Positions 1 to 10,113 of a stretch of 64,000 nt of DNA are shown here, piece after piece. Numbering within the stretch: the first letter of the stretch is position 1; each line of letters begins with the position of its first letter. Both the position numbers and the translations under genes were made by a program. The DNA comes from Phycisphaerae bacterium (GTDB lineage: Bacteria > Planctomycetota > Phycisphaerae > UBA1845), in assembly GCA_035344155.1 (NCBI GenBank), contig DAORAL010000005.1, forward strand, positions 38,465-102,464. The letters are read 5' to 3'. A model generated the notes under the pieces. That model searched no databases. It saw only the letters and a program-made list of their open reading frames with translations, and was not told the origin of the DNA.

Positions 1-797
1 TCGCATACGAGCAGGAACATGTTCACGGTCATCGCGACGGTGACGATGTTGCGCAGCAGGCGAAGCGCCTCGTTGCTGACATTATACCCCGCGTATCGAC
101 GAATCATCTGCAGCGTCAGGATGATAAACGCAGGACCCGCCGCAAATGCCGAAGCCAGAAACCGTGGGGCGATAATCGCAGTGTTCCAGAAGGGACGTCC
201 GCCAAGTCCGACGAATAGAAACGCCGTCACGGTGTGAATGCTGATCGCCCAACCAATCGCGACAAATACAAATGGCACATAGAAGCGCGGGCTGGGCTTG
301 CGATTGCGGTACGCGGCGTAAACCAGATAGCCACAGATGTGCAGATTCAAGAGCAGGTATCCGCCCAGCGCGATGACGTCCCACGTCAACATCGACACGG
401 GGAAGTTAAACCGCCAGAAGATGTGCATGAAGCGGTCGGGACGACCAAGGTCGACCTGCACAAACAGCAGGCACATGACGATCGCGGCCACCGCGAACAA
501 CTCGCCAAAGATCACCAGATCGTGAAGTTCGTGCTTGCGATAGATGTAAACCGGTATGACCAGCATGACAGCCGCGGCGGCCATCCCGACCAGGTAGGTG
601 AAGTTGGCGATGTACAATCCCCACGAAACTTGATCGGTCATCCCGGTGACGACGAGCCCAAAGACGAGTTGCTTGGCGTACGCGTTTAGACCCAGAAGCA
701 CAACGATCGTGAGCCCCAGCATCCAACCGTAATAGCGCCAATCGCCCACAAAGCTCAACCGAAAGCAGCGCCATAGAAAGTTCAGATAGGTTCTCAT
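1..797 (-). CDS. NrfD/PsrC-family polytopic membrane (quinone-interacting) subunit; 3' end runs off the window
   Basis: Absent from the ORF track because it is open to the window edge. My minus-strand translation from ATG 797 reads MRTYLNFLWRCFRLSFVGDWRYYGWMLGLTIVVLLGLNAYAKQLVFGLVVTGMTDQVSWGLYIANFTYLVGMAAAAVMLVIPVY..., with several hydrophobic helices. The ATG overlaps the stop of the upstream Fe-S gene (ATGA, 797-794). Position after cytochrome c + 4Fe-4S genes fits NrfCD/PsrBC-type modules. Confidence 0.7.
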   Translation of the reverse strand, partial: MRTYLNFLWRCFRLSFVGDWRYYGWMLGLTIVVLLGLNAYAKQLVFGLVVTGMTDQVSWGLYIANFTYLVGMAAAAVMLVIPVYIYRKHELHDLVIFGELFAVAAIVMCLLFVQVDLGRPDRFMHIFWRFNFPVSMLTWDVIALGGYLLLNLHICGYLVYAAYRNRKPSPRFYVPFVFVAIGWAISIHTVTAFLFVGLGGRPFWNTAIIAPRFLASAFAAGPAFIILTLQMIRRYAGYNVSNEALRLLRNIVTVAMTVNMFLLVC

Positions 798-1807
798 CCG
801 TGAGCCCCTCCGGGAAGTACGGGCAGCGGTTTGTTGAACGTGTTGCGGGGATAATCCTCGTCGAAGTAGTAGAAGAAACGTGGGAGCGTTCCGACTTCCT
901 GCTTCAGCACAAAGACATGTTTGTTCTTGAGGATCTGCGAAACTTCGCTTTCGGGATCGAGAATATTGCCGAACTTTCGCGCGCCGACAGGGCACACTTC
1001 CAGACATGCGGGCATCCGCCCCGCGCGGGTGCGCTGAAGGCAAAAGTGACATTTTTCCATCACGCCTTGTTTTCGCGGACGGTTGGAAAGATACGCCATG
1101 TTGGGGTTCAGTTCTTCACGGGCAATCTTTGGCTCGGTGAAGTTGAATCGCCTCGCCCAATAGGGACACGCGGCTTCGCAATAGCGGCACCCGATGCACC
1201 AGTCGTAATCGATGACGACGATCCCATCGTCCTCCTGCCACGTGGCTTCGATGGGACAGACTTTCACGCAGGGTGGGTTCGCGCACTGGTGACACTGAAC
1301 CGGCATGTAATAGTGATCGGGGTCGGGAACCGTCGGATGGTCGTAGTCGTGCTTTCCCTGCTCGACATCGATGCTGCCTTTGGGCATTTCCAGCACGCGA
1401 ATGTATTGGATTTCAGGGGACCGGCTTTGATTGTTTTCCTTCACACAAGCATGCACGCATCGTCGGCAGCCGATACACCGACCCAGGTGCAATGCGTAGA
1501 CAAATTCGACGCCATCCTGGGCCTTGATGTCGCGCAGCTCGGGACGAATCGCATACCGTTCTTCAACCTCTCCGCGGATTCGATCGAGGACGGAGGCCAT
1601 CTCTCCCGGCGTCATCTCTTTGTAGTGCTTCTGCAAGAACTTCTCGACCGTGTAGTCTTCGGTGTCGAGCATCCGCAAAGGACTAAGAGCCGCTGCCAAC
1701 GCAGCCGCGCCGCCTGCTGCCCCCAGACTCCCGCGCAGAAAGCTTCGTCTCGACAATCGGTCTCGACTTTCGGCACCCGATTTGGATTGATCAGCAACGG
1801 ACTTCAT
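794..1807 (-). CDS. Tat-exported 4Fe-4S ferredoxin-type subunit (NrfC/HybA/PsrB-like)
   Basis: Twin-arginine signal SRRSFLRGSLGAAGG. Multiple ferredoxin Cys clusters: CIGCRRCVHAC, CHQCANPPCVKVCP, CIGCRYCEAACP, CHFC...CLEVCP. Confidence 0.85.
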   Translation of the reverse strand: MKSVADQSKSGAESRDRLSRRSFLRGSLGAAGGAAALAAALSPLRMLDTEDYTVEKFLQKHYKEMTPGEMASVLDRIRGEVEERYAIRPELRDIKAQDGVEFVYALHLGRCIGCRRCVHACVKENNQSRSPEIQYIRVLEMPKGSIDVEQGKHDYDHPTVPDPDHYYMPVQCHQCANPPCVKVCPIEATWQEDDGIVVIDYDWCIGCRYCEAACPYWARRFNFTEPKIAREELNPNMAYLSNRPRKQGVMEKCHFCLQRTRAGRMPACLEVCPVGARKFGNILDPESEVSQILKNKHVFVLKQEVGTLPRFFYYFDEDYPRNTFNKPLPVLPGGAHG

Positions 1808-2595
1808 GGAGAATCCTCGCCTTCGTAGTACTCGACTTCTTCAGACTTTGCAGGAACCGATTCGGCGCGTTTGCGCTCATCCGCGATGTATTTGTGGATG
1901 GCCCGGCGCAGCGGATCACGATGTTCTGCATGTGGCGATCCGGATTCGTCATCTGCATGACTTTCTCCCATCCTCAGTGTGTGTGGTCCGGGCAGGGGCG
2001 CAAGCGGGTCCATCGCCGGCACGCGCGGATTGTGTGGATCGTGACATTCGGTACAGCGCAACCGTCGGACGGTTCCTCGCGATGCATCCCAATACCCGTT
2101 GGTGCGTCCGTGGGCGCCGTTCTCCCAATCCCGATACGTAGGCCCGTGGCACTTGGCGCAAAGGGTTTCGACCAGGTCATAGGTGATGGTCTCGCCGCCG
2201 CGTAGTACGAGGAGATTGCGGTCCTTCGGGTTGTGGCAATTGCGACACTGCTTGTTGATGCCGTGGTTAAGCACGATGTGCTTGTGTTGTGCCAATGCGA
2301 CAGGCGGGTCGTCGCGCGGCGGGAACATCTGATGGCAATCCATGCACGTGCGCTTGAATCCACCGATTTCGATCATCGGTGGATTGCCAAGAATGTCGCG
2401 ACGCGGGGCGGTCGTAAGCTGGGCCGCATTAACCTTCGGCGTCGATTCGATGGGCAGCTCCACGATCGCAGGGCCCCAAAGGAACCATGCCGCCAAGGCG
2501 AAGAAAACAGGTCCGATGCCATATGCTGCCCACGCCCGTTGTGCTGGAACCGAGCGCTGGTCGTGTCCGTCGCGATGCTTGGGAGTTTCGCCCAT
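1804..2595 (-). CDS. membrane-anchored tetrahaem cytochrome c
   Basis: Four CxxCH motifs (CMDCH, CRNCH, CAKCH, CTECH). N-terminal hydrophobic anchor GIGPVFFALAAWFLWGPAIV. 4-nt overlap with the downstream Fe-S gene. Confidence 0.8.
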   Translation of the reverse strand: MGETPKHRDGHDQRSVPAQRAWAAYGIGPVFFALAAWFLWGPAIVELPIESTPKVNAAQLTTAPRRDILGNPPMIEIGGFKRTCMDCHQMFPPRDDPPVALAQHKHIVLNHGINKQCRNCHNPKDRNLLVLRGGETITYDLVETLCAKCHGPTYRDWENGAHGRTNGYWDASRGTVRRLRCTECHDPHNPRVPAMDPLAPLPGPHTLRMGESHADDESGSPHAEHRDPLRRAIHKYIADERKRAESVPAKSEEVEYYEGEDSP

Positions 2596-2816
2596 GGTTC
2601 ACTTCCAATGTTCGAGTTTCGGGCGGGGAAACGATTCAAAAACTCGCCCTTGACAGCCGTCGCTGTAATGACTATATCGACATGGAAATATAGCCCATTA
2701 ATTGGCGTTCGTAAAGTCAGAATTTTGAGCCTGAAAAATCCGGCCAATTCACACCGCATCGTGTGGCGGTGTTCGCCGGGAGATTCGCCAAACCAAATGC
2801 TACACAGGAGGTCGCC

Positions 2817-4319
2817 ATGCATCGCAACATCCTTGTAGGTCCTTTCGCCATCGCATTCGCTTGCCAAGTGACGTTTGCCCAGACAGAAACGACCCCGCCG
2901 TCAACGAACGACGAACCTGGGACGACCACCGCCGTCAAAGCGGACGACAAGGGGGTGGTCGACGAATCACCGCCGCCTTCACCGCCGCTCCCGGGGCCGA
3001 AGTATTTCGACCTGCGCTATGACGAAGACTTCAGCTACCTCGACGGCGACTCGGGAACATATCGCGAAGATTTCTTTGATCCGATCAAGAACATTCGATT
3101 CGGAGACGACTGGCGTCTGTCGATCGGAGGAGAGTTTCGCTTTCGCATGGAAGCTGAGACAAACTTCGCGTTCGATGCCGCTCAGCCCACGCAGGATACG
3201 TTTCAGCTTTACCGCTACTTGACGCATTTCGACTTGAAATATCGAAAATCGGCTCGCGTATTCCTGCAACTGGCGTCCATGCACGACGAAGACCGTGACC
3301 GCGCCCTTAGACCACTCGATGAAAATGAATTCGCCATTCAGCAGTTGTTTTTCGATGTGCGTCCGCTCGGCGACGATACACCGCTCGTGTTGCGCGTGGG
3401 CCGTCAAGACCTGTCGTACGGTGCGCAGCGTTTTATCTCACCATTGACCTGGGCCAACACGCGTCGCCGCTTTGATGCGGTGAAAATGTTCTGGACCGGT
3501 GAAGATTGGCAATTCGATGTGTTCTTCGCGAAGCCCGTGCTGCCCATCCGGCGATCGCAACTCGACCGCTACAACGAAGAATTCGACCTCTACGGGGCGT
3601 ACTTCACGTACAAGGGAATTCCGAATCATGGGGTCGATGTATTCTTCTTCGCCCAGGACGACACGCAGCATCGGAGGAACCCCAACGGCAATGCCGGTGA
3701 CATGTCACGCTTCACGCTCGGAGGTCGATTCTATGGAAAGAGCAATGGATTCGACTATGACGCATTTGTTGCGGGGCAATGGGGCACGTGAGCTGGCGAC
3801 CACATCGAAGCATGGGCGTGGGGGATTGACGGCGGATATACCTTTGCAGAATGCGGATGGAAGCCGCGCATCGGCGCCGGTTTCGACTGGGCCAGCGGTG
3901 ACCGAGACCCCACCGACGGCACCGTCGAAACGTTTGATCAACTGTTTCCCCTGGGGCACAAGTATCTGGGATTCATGGATTTCTTTGGTCGTCAGAATAT
4001 CCAAGCCGCGAACGTGAATGTCTCAGCTTGGCCGATTCCGAAGAAGGTCAACGCAAGACTCGCCTGGCTGGCCTTCTGGCTTGAGTCGGACGACGACGCC
4101 ATCTACAACGTTGGTGGTGCACCGGGTCGGCGCGATCCAACCGGTCGCAGTGGAAATGAAATTGGGCAAGAAATCGATTTCACCGTTCTGTGGAAGATCG
4201 ATCCGCATCAAGCAATGTTGCTCGGCTACTCACACTTTTTCGACAACGAATTCATCACCAACACGGGACCAAGCGAGGACGCTGACCTGTTCTACGCGCA
4301 GTACACTTACACGTTCTAG
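2817..4319 (+). pseudogene. alginate-export-family outer-membrane beta-barrel interrupted by a single in-frame TGA (3789-3791)
   Basis: SD AGGAGG sits 5 nt before ATG 2817, followed by signal peptide MHRNILVGPFAIAFACQVTFAQ. ORFs 2763-3791 and 3975-4319 are in the same frame. Reading through the TGA gives ...GQWGT*AGDHIEAWAWGIDGGYTFAECGWKPRIGAGFDWASGDRDPTDGTVETFDQLFPLGHKYLGFMDFFGRQN...YAQYTYTF, which has the family signature and a C-terminal aromatic residue. Confidence 0.65.
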
Positions 4320-4343
4320 CATGTTACCCAAAGGAGCACTGCA

Positions 4344-4535
4344 ATGCACAAACACAATCGAGCCTTGAAACGTTTCGCCGCCGTGGTCTTGTCCAGTGGA
4401 TTGCTACTTCAGATTGGTCCATGCACCGGCGACAGCATTCGCAACGCGTTGGGATCAGGAGCTCGGTCGACCTTGAATGGATTGTTTGGAGTGATCACCA
4501 ATTCACTCGTTACCGATGTCTTTAATCTCCCGTAA
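4344..4535 (+). CDS. small secreted/hypothetical protein (63 aa)
   Basis: AGGAG lies 7 nt upstream of the ATG. N-terminal hydrophobic segment FAAVVLSSGLLLQIGPC. Immediately follows the porin gene. No recognisable family. Confidence 0.4.
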   Translation: MHKHNRALKRFAAVVLSSGLLLQIGPCTGDSIRNALGSGARSTLNGLFGVITNSLVTDVFNLP

Positions 4536-4608
4536 AATGGAGTTTCCACATCGATGACGTGAGACTCGGATGAATGGGTGCCGATTTTAATGTGCGGCTT
4601 CTTGCCCA

Positions 4609-5427
4609 TCACTCGACGCTTTGGCGTTTTTCGGAAACAAGTGTGATGGCGGCCAAGTGATTTTCGTACTTGCGGAAGACGCCACGCATTCTCATTACGC
4701 GTTCACGGCTTTTTGTGTCTCGAAGGAGATTCCACGCAAACCGCATTGCTCCGCCGAATCCCTCGTCCGCCAGCAGTCGACTCGGTTCGAGCAGGTGCAT
4801 TGGGGCTGTCCGTTCGACGCGGACGTGAAATCCGTGTTGTGACAGCGTGTCGCGCCATCCAGTCAGCGTCAGCGGCGCGACCGAGTGATGAATCGCGTCC
4901 GAGAGTTCGCTACAAATCTGTGCGGTGGTTTTGGTATCGATCTCATCGGGAACCAACGCAATTTCGTGGATTCCGTAGCGCCCGCCTGGCACAAGCAATC
5001 GAGCCGCTTCGGAGATGATACGGGACTTCGCCGCTTGCGATTGCATGGTTAGCATCGCTTCTCCGTAAACGACTGTGGCGCATTGGTCACTGAGTCCCGT
5101 TTGTTCCGCCCGGCCGAGTATGCAGCGATGTCGAGGCTCAGTGAGCAATTGACGAACGGTCGTTGCCGCGCGCTCATCGCGTTCAATGGCGACATAGCTT
5201 CGCGGTGACTTACGGAGAGTGATCCGCGCCGTAGCCCCCAGGCCCGGTGCGAACTCCACAACGTCATCTCGTTCGTTTACCGCGAGCGATTCCAGCATCC
5301 GGCGGGTGAGTTCCATTCCGCCGGGCCGCAATACTTTTTTCCCCAGCCTGGCGAGTACCCAGTGCCCCGGAGCCTTGGTTGTGTTGCAAGCGTGCCCCAT
5401 GACCGCGTCTTGGACAGGATTCGTCAT
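4609..5427 (-). CDS. class I SAM-dependent methyltransferase
   Basis: Motif I-like VVEFAPGLGATA. Preferred start is the internal ATG at 5427, preceded by GGGAGA 6 nt upstream; the ORF track start is 5472. Confidence 0.6.
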   Translation of the reverse strand: MTNPVQDAVMGHACNTTKAPGHWVLARLGKKVLRPGGMELTRRMLESLAVNERDDVVEFAPGLGATARITLRKSPRSYVAIERDERAATTVRQLLTEPRHRCILGRAEQTGLSDQCATVVYGEAMLTMQSQAAKSRIISEAARLLVPGGRYGIHEIALVPDEIDTKTTAQICSELSDAIHHSVAPLTLTGWRDTLSQHGFHVRVERTAPMHLLEPSRLLADEGFGGAMRFAWNLLRDTKSRERVMRMRGVFRKYENHLAAITLVSEKRQSVE

Positions 5428-5478
5428 ATCTGATTCTCCCGCGAATACCTTCGATCTTCTTTCACAAATCACGCCTGA

Positions 5479-5832
5479 TTAGTCACGGTCGGCTTTAAAC
5501 ATCGTGAGGAGCATCTTGAATTCCTGTCGTGCATTGACCGCGTGTGGCACATTGGCCGGCATCAAGACAACCTGGCCCGCCGAGACTTTGAGCGGATTTC
5601 CACCGATGACGATTTCAGCCGCGCCTTCGATCACGTAGGCCGTTGCATCATACGGGCAGGTGTGTTCGCTGAGGTGTTGCCCAGTGTCGAAGGCAAACAG
5701 TGTTAACGATCCGGATGGCGACTTCACCAGAGTTCGACTCACGATGGAGTCGTTGTTGTGTACCGCGAGGTCTGCCAGATTGCATACAGTTGCCGGTTCC
5801 AAACCGGTAGTCTTTGTCGATTCATTGGACAT
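5479..5832 (-). CDS. cupin-domain protein
   Basis: Cupin motifs GQHLSEHTCPYDATAYVIEG and VVLMPANVPHAV. Start at ATG 5832 with GGAGA 6 nt upstream. Confidence 0.65.
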   Translation of the reverse strand: MSNESTKTTGLEPATVCNLADLAVHNNDSIVSRTLVKSPSGSLTLFAFDTGQHLSEHTCPYDATAYVIEGAAEIVIGGNPLKVSAGQVVLMPANVPHAVNARQEFKMLLTMFKADRD

Positions 5833-5872
5833 GTTTTTTCTCCATGTTCGAGAATTCTCAAGTCGCCATTCG

Positions 5873-8155
5873 TTACACGGGTGATGCGGCACCGCCGAAG
5901 GTTTCTTCCTGTTCCACTTTCAACGACCAGCCCGTCTTGAGGCCCAGCACAAACCACCCCAACGCAATAACGCCCGTGGCAAAGATCGTGTCACCCACGA
6001 CGCGCAACCATCGCAGCACTTCCATCGTTGGTGTTTGCAGAAATTCCGCAGACCGTGCGTACCACAAGCCATGCTCCACGCTCGCCCAGGTCTGCATGAG
6101 ACCCACAGGCAACAGACTGATGAGGACCATCAGCGCGAGCCCCACATTGATCGACCAGAATGCGTATGCCAGAACGCCGGTACGCCAGACCTTTCGCGTG
6201 GCCAAGCCTTTCAGACAAAACAGCATCAACCCGATGCCGAGCATTCCATAAACGCCGAACAGCGCTGTGTGCCCGTGAACCGGCGTCGTGTTGAGTCCCT
6301 GCATGTAATAGAGCGCAATCGGAGGATTGATGAGGAACCCGAATAGTCCAGCTCCAACAAGATTCCAAAATGCGACCGCAACAAAGAAGTAGATGGGCCA
6401 TTTGTACGCCGACACCCACTGCCGCGCGCGGCTGAGCGTAAGATTCTCGTACGCCTCGAAGCCGATCAGCACAAGCGGTACGACTTCCAGTGCGCTGAAC
6501 GTTGCGCCCAACGCCAGAATCGCCGTCGGCGTTCCGGTGAAATAGAGGTGATGAAATGTCCCGATGATTCCGCCGCTTAGGAAAATCGTGCTGGAGAAAA
6601 GAACGGCGGAAGTTGCAGTCTTGATATGCAACAGCCCCATCCGCGTGAACAGGAATGCAATGGCCACGGTTGCGAATACCTCAAAGAATCCCTCGACCCA
6701 AAGGTGCACGACCCACCAGCGCCAATACTCGATCACGGCCAGATTGGTTTGACGCCCCCACATCAAGCCTGCGCCGTAGAACAGGGCAATCGCGGTCGAT
6801 GCAATAAAGAACATACCGAGCATGCTGCGGTTTTCAGCAGGGTTCTTCAATGCGGGCCACATCGCCCGGCCCATGAGGAACAACCAGAGAAACAAACCGA
6901 TGAACAAGAATATCTGCCAGAAACGACCGAGGTCGACATATTCGAGTCCCTGGTGTCCGAACCAGTAATTCGCTTCCAACCCCAATCGCTGCTGTACGCC
7001 CAGCCACTGTCCAAACAATGATCCGACGACGATGATCAACAGGCAGACAAATAGCACATTCACGCCCAGTCGCTGGAACTTCGGTTCGTATCCGGAGACT
7101 GCCGGCGCGATGAACAATCCCGTTGCCAGCCAGGCTGTTGCGATCCAGAAAATGCCCAATTGTGTGTGCCAAGTGCGGGTCACTGCATATGGCAGGTATT
7201 TGGCCAAAGGAAAACCGTAAAATCCTGAACCTTCGACCCCGTAGTGCGCAGTAACTGCTCCCAATCCGACTTGAGTTACGATCAAAGCCGCCACGACCCA
7301 GAAATACTTCAACGTGGCCCGCATGGATGGCGTGGGGTTCAATGCCAGCAACGGGTCTCGCGCCGGGACGTTGAGTTCATGCTCTTCGTTCGATCGTTGA
7401 ACGGCGAAATACCATGACAGCGCACCAATGCCGGCTAGCAATAGAACAAAACTGATCACCGACCAAACGACAATGGAGCCGGTGGGGCGGTTGTCGATCA
7501 GGGTCTCCGGCGGCCAATTGTTGGTGTAGGTGATGTCCAGATTCGGACGGTTCGTTGCGCAGGCCCACGCTGTCCAGAAAAAGAAACCGTTCATTTGGTG
7601 CTGACGGTCCGGCGACTTGATGACGCCGGAAGGAATGGCATACGCTTCGCGCAGATTGTCCAACTCCGCGTCCGTTCCGAACAGTTGCGTGTAGTGTTCT
7701 GCGACTGCCCTGATCGCTGCGGCGCGCGTCGGTGACACGACGAGGTCGCCCGATTCTTTGTCAAACGTGTTGGTGCGCAATTCTGACTTCAGCCGTTGTT
7801 TGAGCGCGGCTTGTTGTTCGGCTGGGACATCAGAGAACGAATCACGGCCTTCAACTCGCGCCCAGTGCTCCAGCATCCACTCGGCTTCGCGGTGCAGCCA
7901 ATCCGCGGACCAGTCCGGAGCGACGTAGGCTCCATGTCCCCAGATGCTGCCGACTTCCTGGCCACCCATGGATTGCCAAACATTCTGCCCGTCTCGGATC
8001 TCGTCACCGGTGAAAAGCACGTCTCCGCCGGTGGTGACAACGCGTGTCGGGATGGGAGGGGCTTGGCGATAGAGCTCGATGCCGTAATACCCAAGGACGG
8101 CGAAGGAGCCGAAAATGACAAATGCCAGTGCCAGCCAAAGCCGTTTCGTATGCAT
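5873..8155 (-). CDS. norB: quinol-dependent nitric oxide reductase (qNOR, single-subunit NorB/NorZ type), ~760 aa
   Basis: Long N-terminal periplasmic extension followed by a haem-copper oxidase-type polytopic core. Core motifs include GTFHHLYFTG, PVHGHTALFGVYG and WWVVHLWVEGFFE. Start chosen at MHTKRLWLALAFVIFG (ATG 8155). Confidence 0.85.
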   Translation of the reverse strand: MHTKRLWLALAFVIFGSFAVLGYYGIELYRQAPPIPTRVVTTGGDVLFTGDEIRDGQNVWQSMGGQEVGSIWGHGAYVAPDWSADWLHREAEWMLEHWARVEGRDSFSDVPAEQQAALKQRLKSELRTNTFDKESGDLVVSPTRAAAIRAVAEHYTQLFGTDAELDNLREAYAIPSGVIKSPDRQHQMNGFFFWTAWACATNRPNLDITYTNNWPPETLIDNRPTGSIVVWSVISFVLLLAGIGALSWYFAVQRSNEEHELNVPARDPLLALNPTPSMRATLKYFWVVAALIVTQVGLGAVTAHYGVEGSGFYGFPLAKYLPYAVTRTWHTQLGIFWIATAWLATGLFIAPAVSGYEPKFQRLGVNVLFVCLLIIVVGSLFGQWLGVQQRLGLEANYWFGHQGLEYVDLGRFWQIFLFIGLFLWLFLMGRAMWPALKNPAENRSMLGMFFIASTAIALFYGAGLMWGRQTNLAVIEYWRWWVVHLWVEGFFEVFATVAIAFLFTRMGLLHIKTATSAVLFSSTIFLSGGIIGTFHHLYFTGTPTAILALGATFSALEVVPLVLIGFEAYENLTLSRARQWVSAYKWPIYFFVAVAFWNLVGAGLFGFLINPPIALYYMQGLNTTPVHGHTALFGVYGMLGIGLMLFCLKGLATRKVWRTGVLAYAFWSINVGLALMVLISLLPVGLMQTWASVEHGLWYARSAEFLQTPTMEVLRWLRVVGDTIFATGVIALGWFVLGLKTGWSLKVEQEETFGGAASPV

Positions 8156-8266
8156 TTCAGAAGCCTCGCATATAAATAAGATAAATGGGTCCAAATAGCC
8201 GATTGACTTAAGAAAGCATACAAGGCATAATTTGGATGTCAAGGCCCGAATATCCAAATATGGCGG

Positions 8267-8752
8267 ATGCTTAGAAAGGGGGGACTCGTGATCTCACCGA
8301 CTGCCGAATACGCGCTCCGCGCCGTGGTGGCAATCGCCCAAGCGGGAGGGGATGCCATCGTCACTCCCAATATTGCCGAAGTAACCAAAGTGCCCGCGGG
8401 GTACCTCGCAAAGGTGCTGCAGACTTTACGAAAAGCTGGTTTGGTCGACTCGAAACGTGGGCTCGGTGGGGGCTTCACATTGGCCAAGCCCGCCAAAGAG
8501 ATCTGCGTCCTTGATGTCGTCAAGGCGGTGGAACCGATCAAGCGCATTGAGCGATGCCCGTTGGATATTGAGACGCATGGAACAAATCTTTGCCCATTGC
8601 ATAAGCGGCTCGACGAAGCTTACGAACTTGTTGAGCAGACCTTCGCTTCGGTGACCATCGCAGAACTGCTCGATGTTCCCGGGCGAAGCACGCCGCTATG
8701 TCAAAAGGGGCAAATGATCGCGCTGAACCCGCCAGCATTGAAGACACGATGA
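8267..8752 (+). CDS. nsrR: Rrf2-family transcriptional regulator, NsrR-like (divergent from qNOR)
   Basis: N-terminal wHTH SPTAEYALRAVVAIA...IAEVTKVPAGYLAKVLQTLRKAGLV. C-terminal Cys cluster CPLDIETHGTNLCPLH. Divergent arrangement with norB. An alternative GTG start is at 8288. Confidence 0.7.
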   Translation: MLRKGGLVISPTAEYALRAVVAIAQAGGDAIVTPNIAEVTKVPAGYLAKVLQTLRKAGLVDSKRGLGGGFTLAKPAKEICVLDVVKAVEPIKRIERCPLDIETHGTNLCPLHKRLDEAYELVEQTFASVTIAELLDVPGRSTPLCQKGQMIALNPPALKTR

Positions 8753-8865
8753 TGCGAATAAACACCGATCCCAAGATTGGGGGACCATTCGTCTTGCCAG
8801 CGCATCGACTCGTTTCTCTCAGGCCCATGCGTTGAATCCCGAACAGGTGTGCAAGCAAGCGGCGT

Positions 8866-10113
8866 TTGATTGGCGAGGGTGGGGTCAAGCTGCGAGTGCA
8901 CGGCGCCATCGAAGTTCCGCACGTATTGCGTATGATACAGTGTGAAATGGATCCGACGGCCAATCCAAACCCAGAAGAGATCAATCCGACGGAGTGGGCG
9001 CTTCGCGAACGCGTCAAGGAACTCGCGTGCCTGTACGAGATTGCCCGGATTCTTGGCGATCCGGCTTCAACGCTGGATTCACAGCTTAGTGGTGCCGTAT
9101 CCATCTTGCCTGGTGCATGGCAGTTTCCGGAAAGTTGTGTCGCCCGCATTTGCTTTGACGACGCCGAATATGAAGCGGGTTCCTTCGCGCGATCAATCCA
9201 TCAACAACGTGCGCCCATTGTGGTTTACAACGAGGCGCGGGGATCCGTCGAGGTTGGGTATACGACAAAGGATCTGCCTCAGGCTTACGAGGGACCGTTC
9301 CTTGAAGAAGAGCGGAAGCTGATTGAGAACATTGCTCGACAGATTGCCATCCATGTGGAGCGATGGGAAGTTGAGTTGCATCGCCAAGGCCTCGAAGAGC
9401 AGCTTCGACACGCAGATCGTCTTGCGACGATCGGTCAATTCGCAGCGGGCGTGGCCCACGAAATCAATGAGCCGCTGGGCAGCATATTGGGTTTTGCGCA
9501 ATTGGCGCTCAAATCCCCGAATCTTGGCGAACAACTGAATGCTGATCTGGCGCAGATTGTCGATGCCGCGCTTCGTGCCCGTGAGATCGTCAGAAAGATG
9601 CTGTTATTCGCGAGGCAAACGCCACCACAGATGGCGCCCTGCAACCTGAATCGCATTGTCGATGAGGCGATATTCTTGTTGGAGGCGAGTGGCGAACGTC
9701 GCGGCGTCGAATTCATTCAGCAGCTTGCTCGCGATTTGCCTGATGTCCATGCCGATCCGGTTCAAATGCGGCAGGTTCTTGTCAACCTGCTTGTCAACGC
9801 GGTTCAAGCGATCGCGGGTGAAGGGACGATCACCGTGCAAACGCGAAGTGCTGAAGATTGCGTGGAACTGACCGTTGCGGATACCGGGTGTGGTATTCCA
9901 GAAAAGATAATTCGCAAGATCTTCGATCCATTCTTTACAACCAAGGAGATCGGGGAAGGCACAGGTTTGGGCCTTGCTGTTGTTCACGGTATTGTGATTG
10001 CGCATCGGGGCACGATTCAAGTGAGCAGCGAACCGGGGAAGGGGGCGCAGTTCTTGGTGCGTTTCCCGAGGTCGCCGGGCGTAACCGCCCGCACGCGGGG
10101 TGAGAATCGGTGA
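8866..10113 (+). CDS. cytoplasmic sensor histidine kinase with an unassigned GAF-like N-terminal sensor domain
   Basis: H-box [15 protein letters not shown] and ATPase G-boxes [35 protein letters not shown]. Sensor region is [20 protein letters not shown]...[19 protein letters not shown]. The true start may be an internal Met. Confidence 0.85.
   Translation: MIGEGGVKLRVHGAIEVPHVLRMIQCEMDPTANPNPEEINPTEWALRERVKELACLYEIARILGDPASTLDSQLSGAVSILPGAWQFPESCVARICFDDAEYEAGSFARSIHQQRAPIVVYNEARGSVEVGYTTKDLPQAYEGPFLEEERKLIENIARQIAIHVERWEVELHRQGLEEQLRHADRLATIGQFAAGVAHEINEPLGSILGFAQLALKSPNLGEQLNADLAQIVDAALRAREIVRKMLLFARQTPPQMAPCNLNRIVDEAIFLLEASGERRGVEFIQQLARDLPDVHADPVQMRQVLVNLLVNAVQAIAGEGTITVQTRSAEDCVELTVADTGCGIPEKIIRKIFDPFFTTKEIGEGTGLGLAVVHGIVIAHRGTIQVSSEPGKGAQFLVRFPRSPGVTARTRGENR

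Noticed and set aside
800-1828. 342-aa + strand ORF fully antisense to the 4Fe-4S gene. Similar long antisense ORFs: 12783-13595 (-), 14672-15385 (-), 17389-18321 (-), 33174-34469 (-), 37380-38012 (-), 51284-52732 (+), 59842-60621 (-), 62123-63307 (+).
   Set aside because: Each lies entirely opposite a gene with clear family motifs. They are Arg/Gly/Val-rich with no motifs, SD or signal features, the typical shadow ORFs of GC-rich DNA.
3789-3791. In-frame TGA in the porin as selenocysteine or genome-wide TGA recoding.
   Set aside because: I could fold no SECIS-like stem-loop immediately downstream. A porin has no redox role for Sec. Other genes in the window clearly terminate at TGA.
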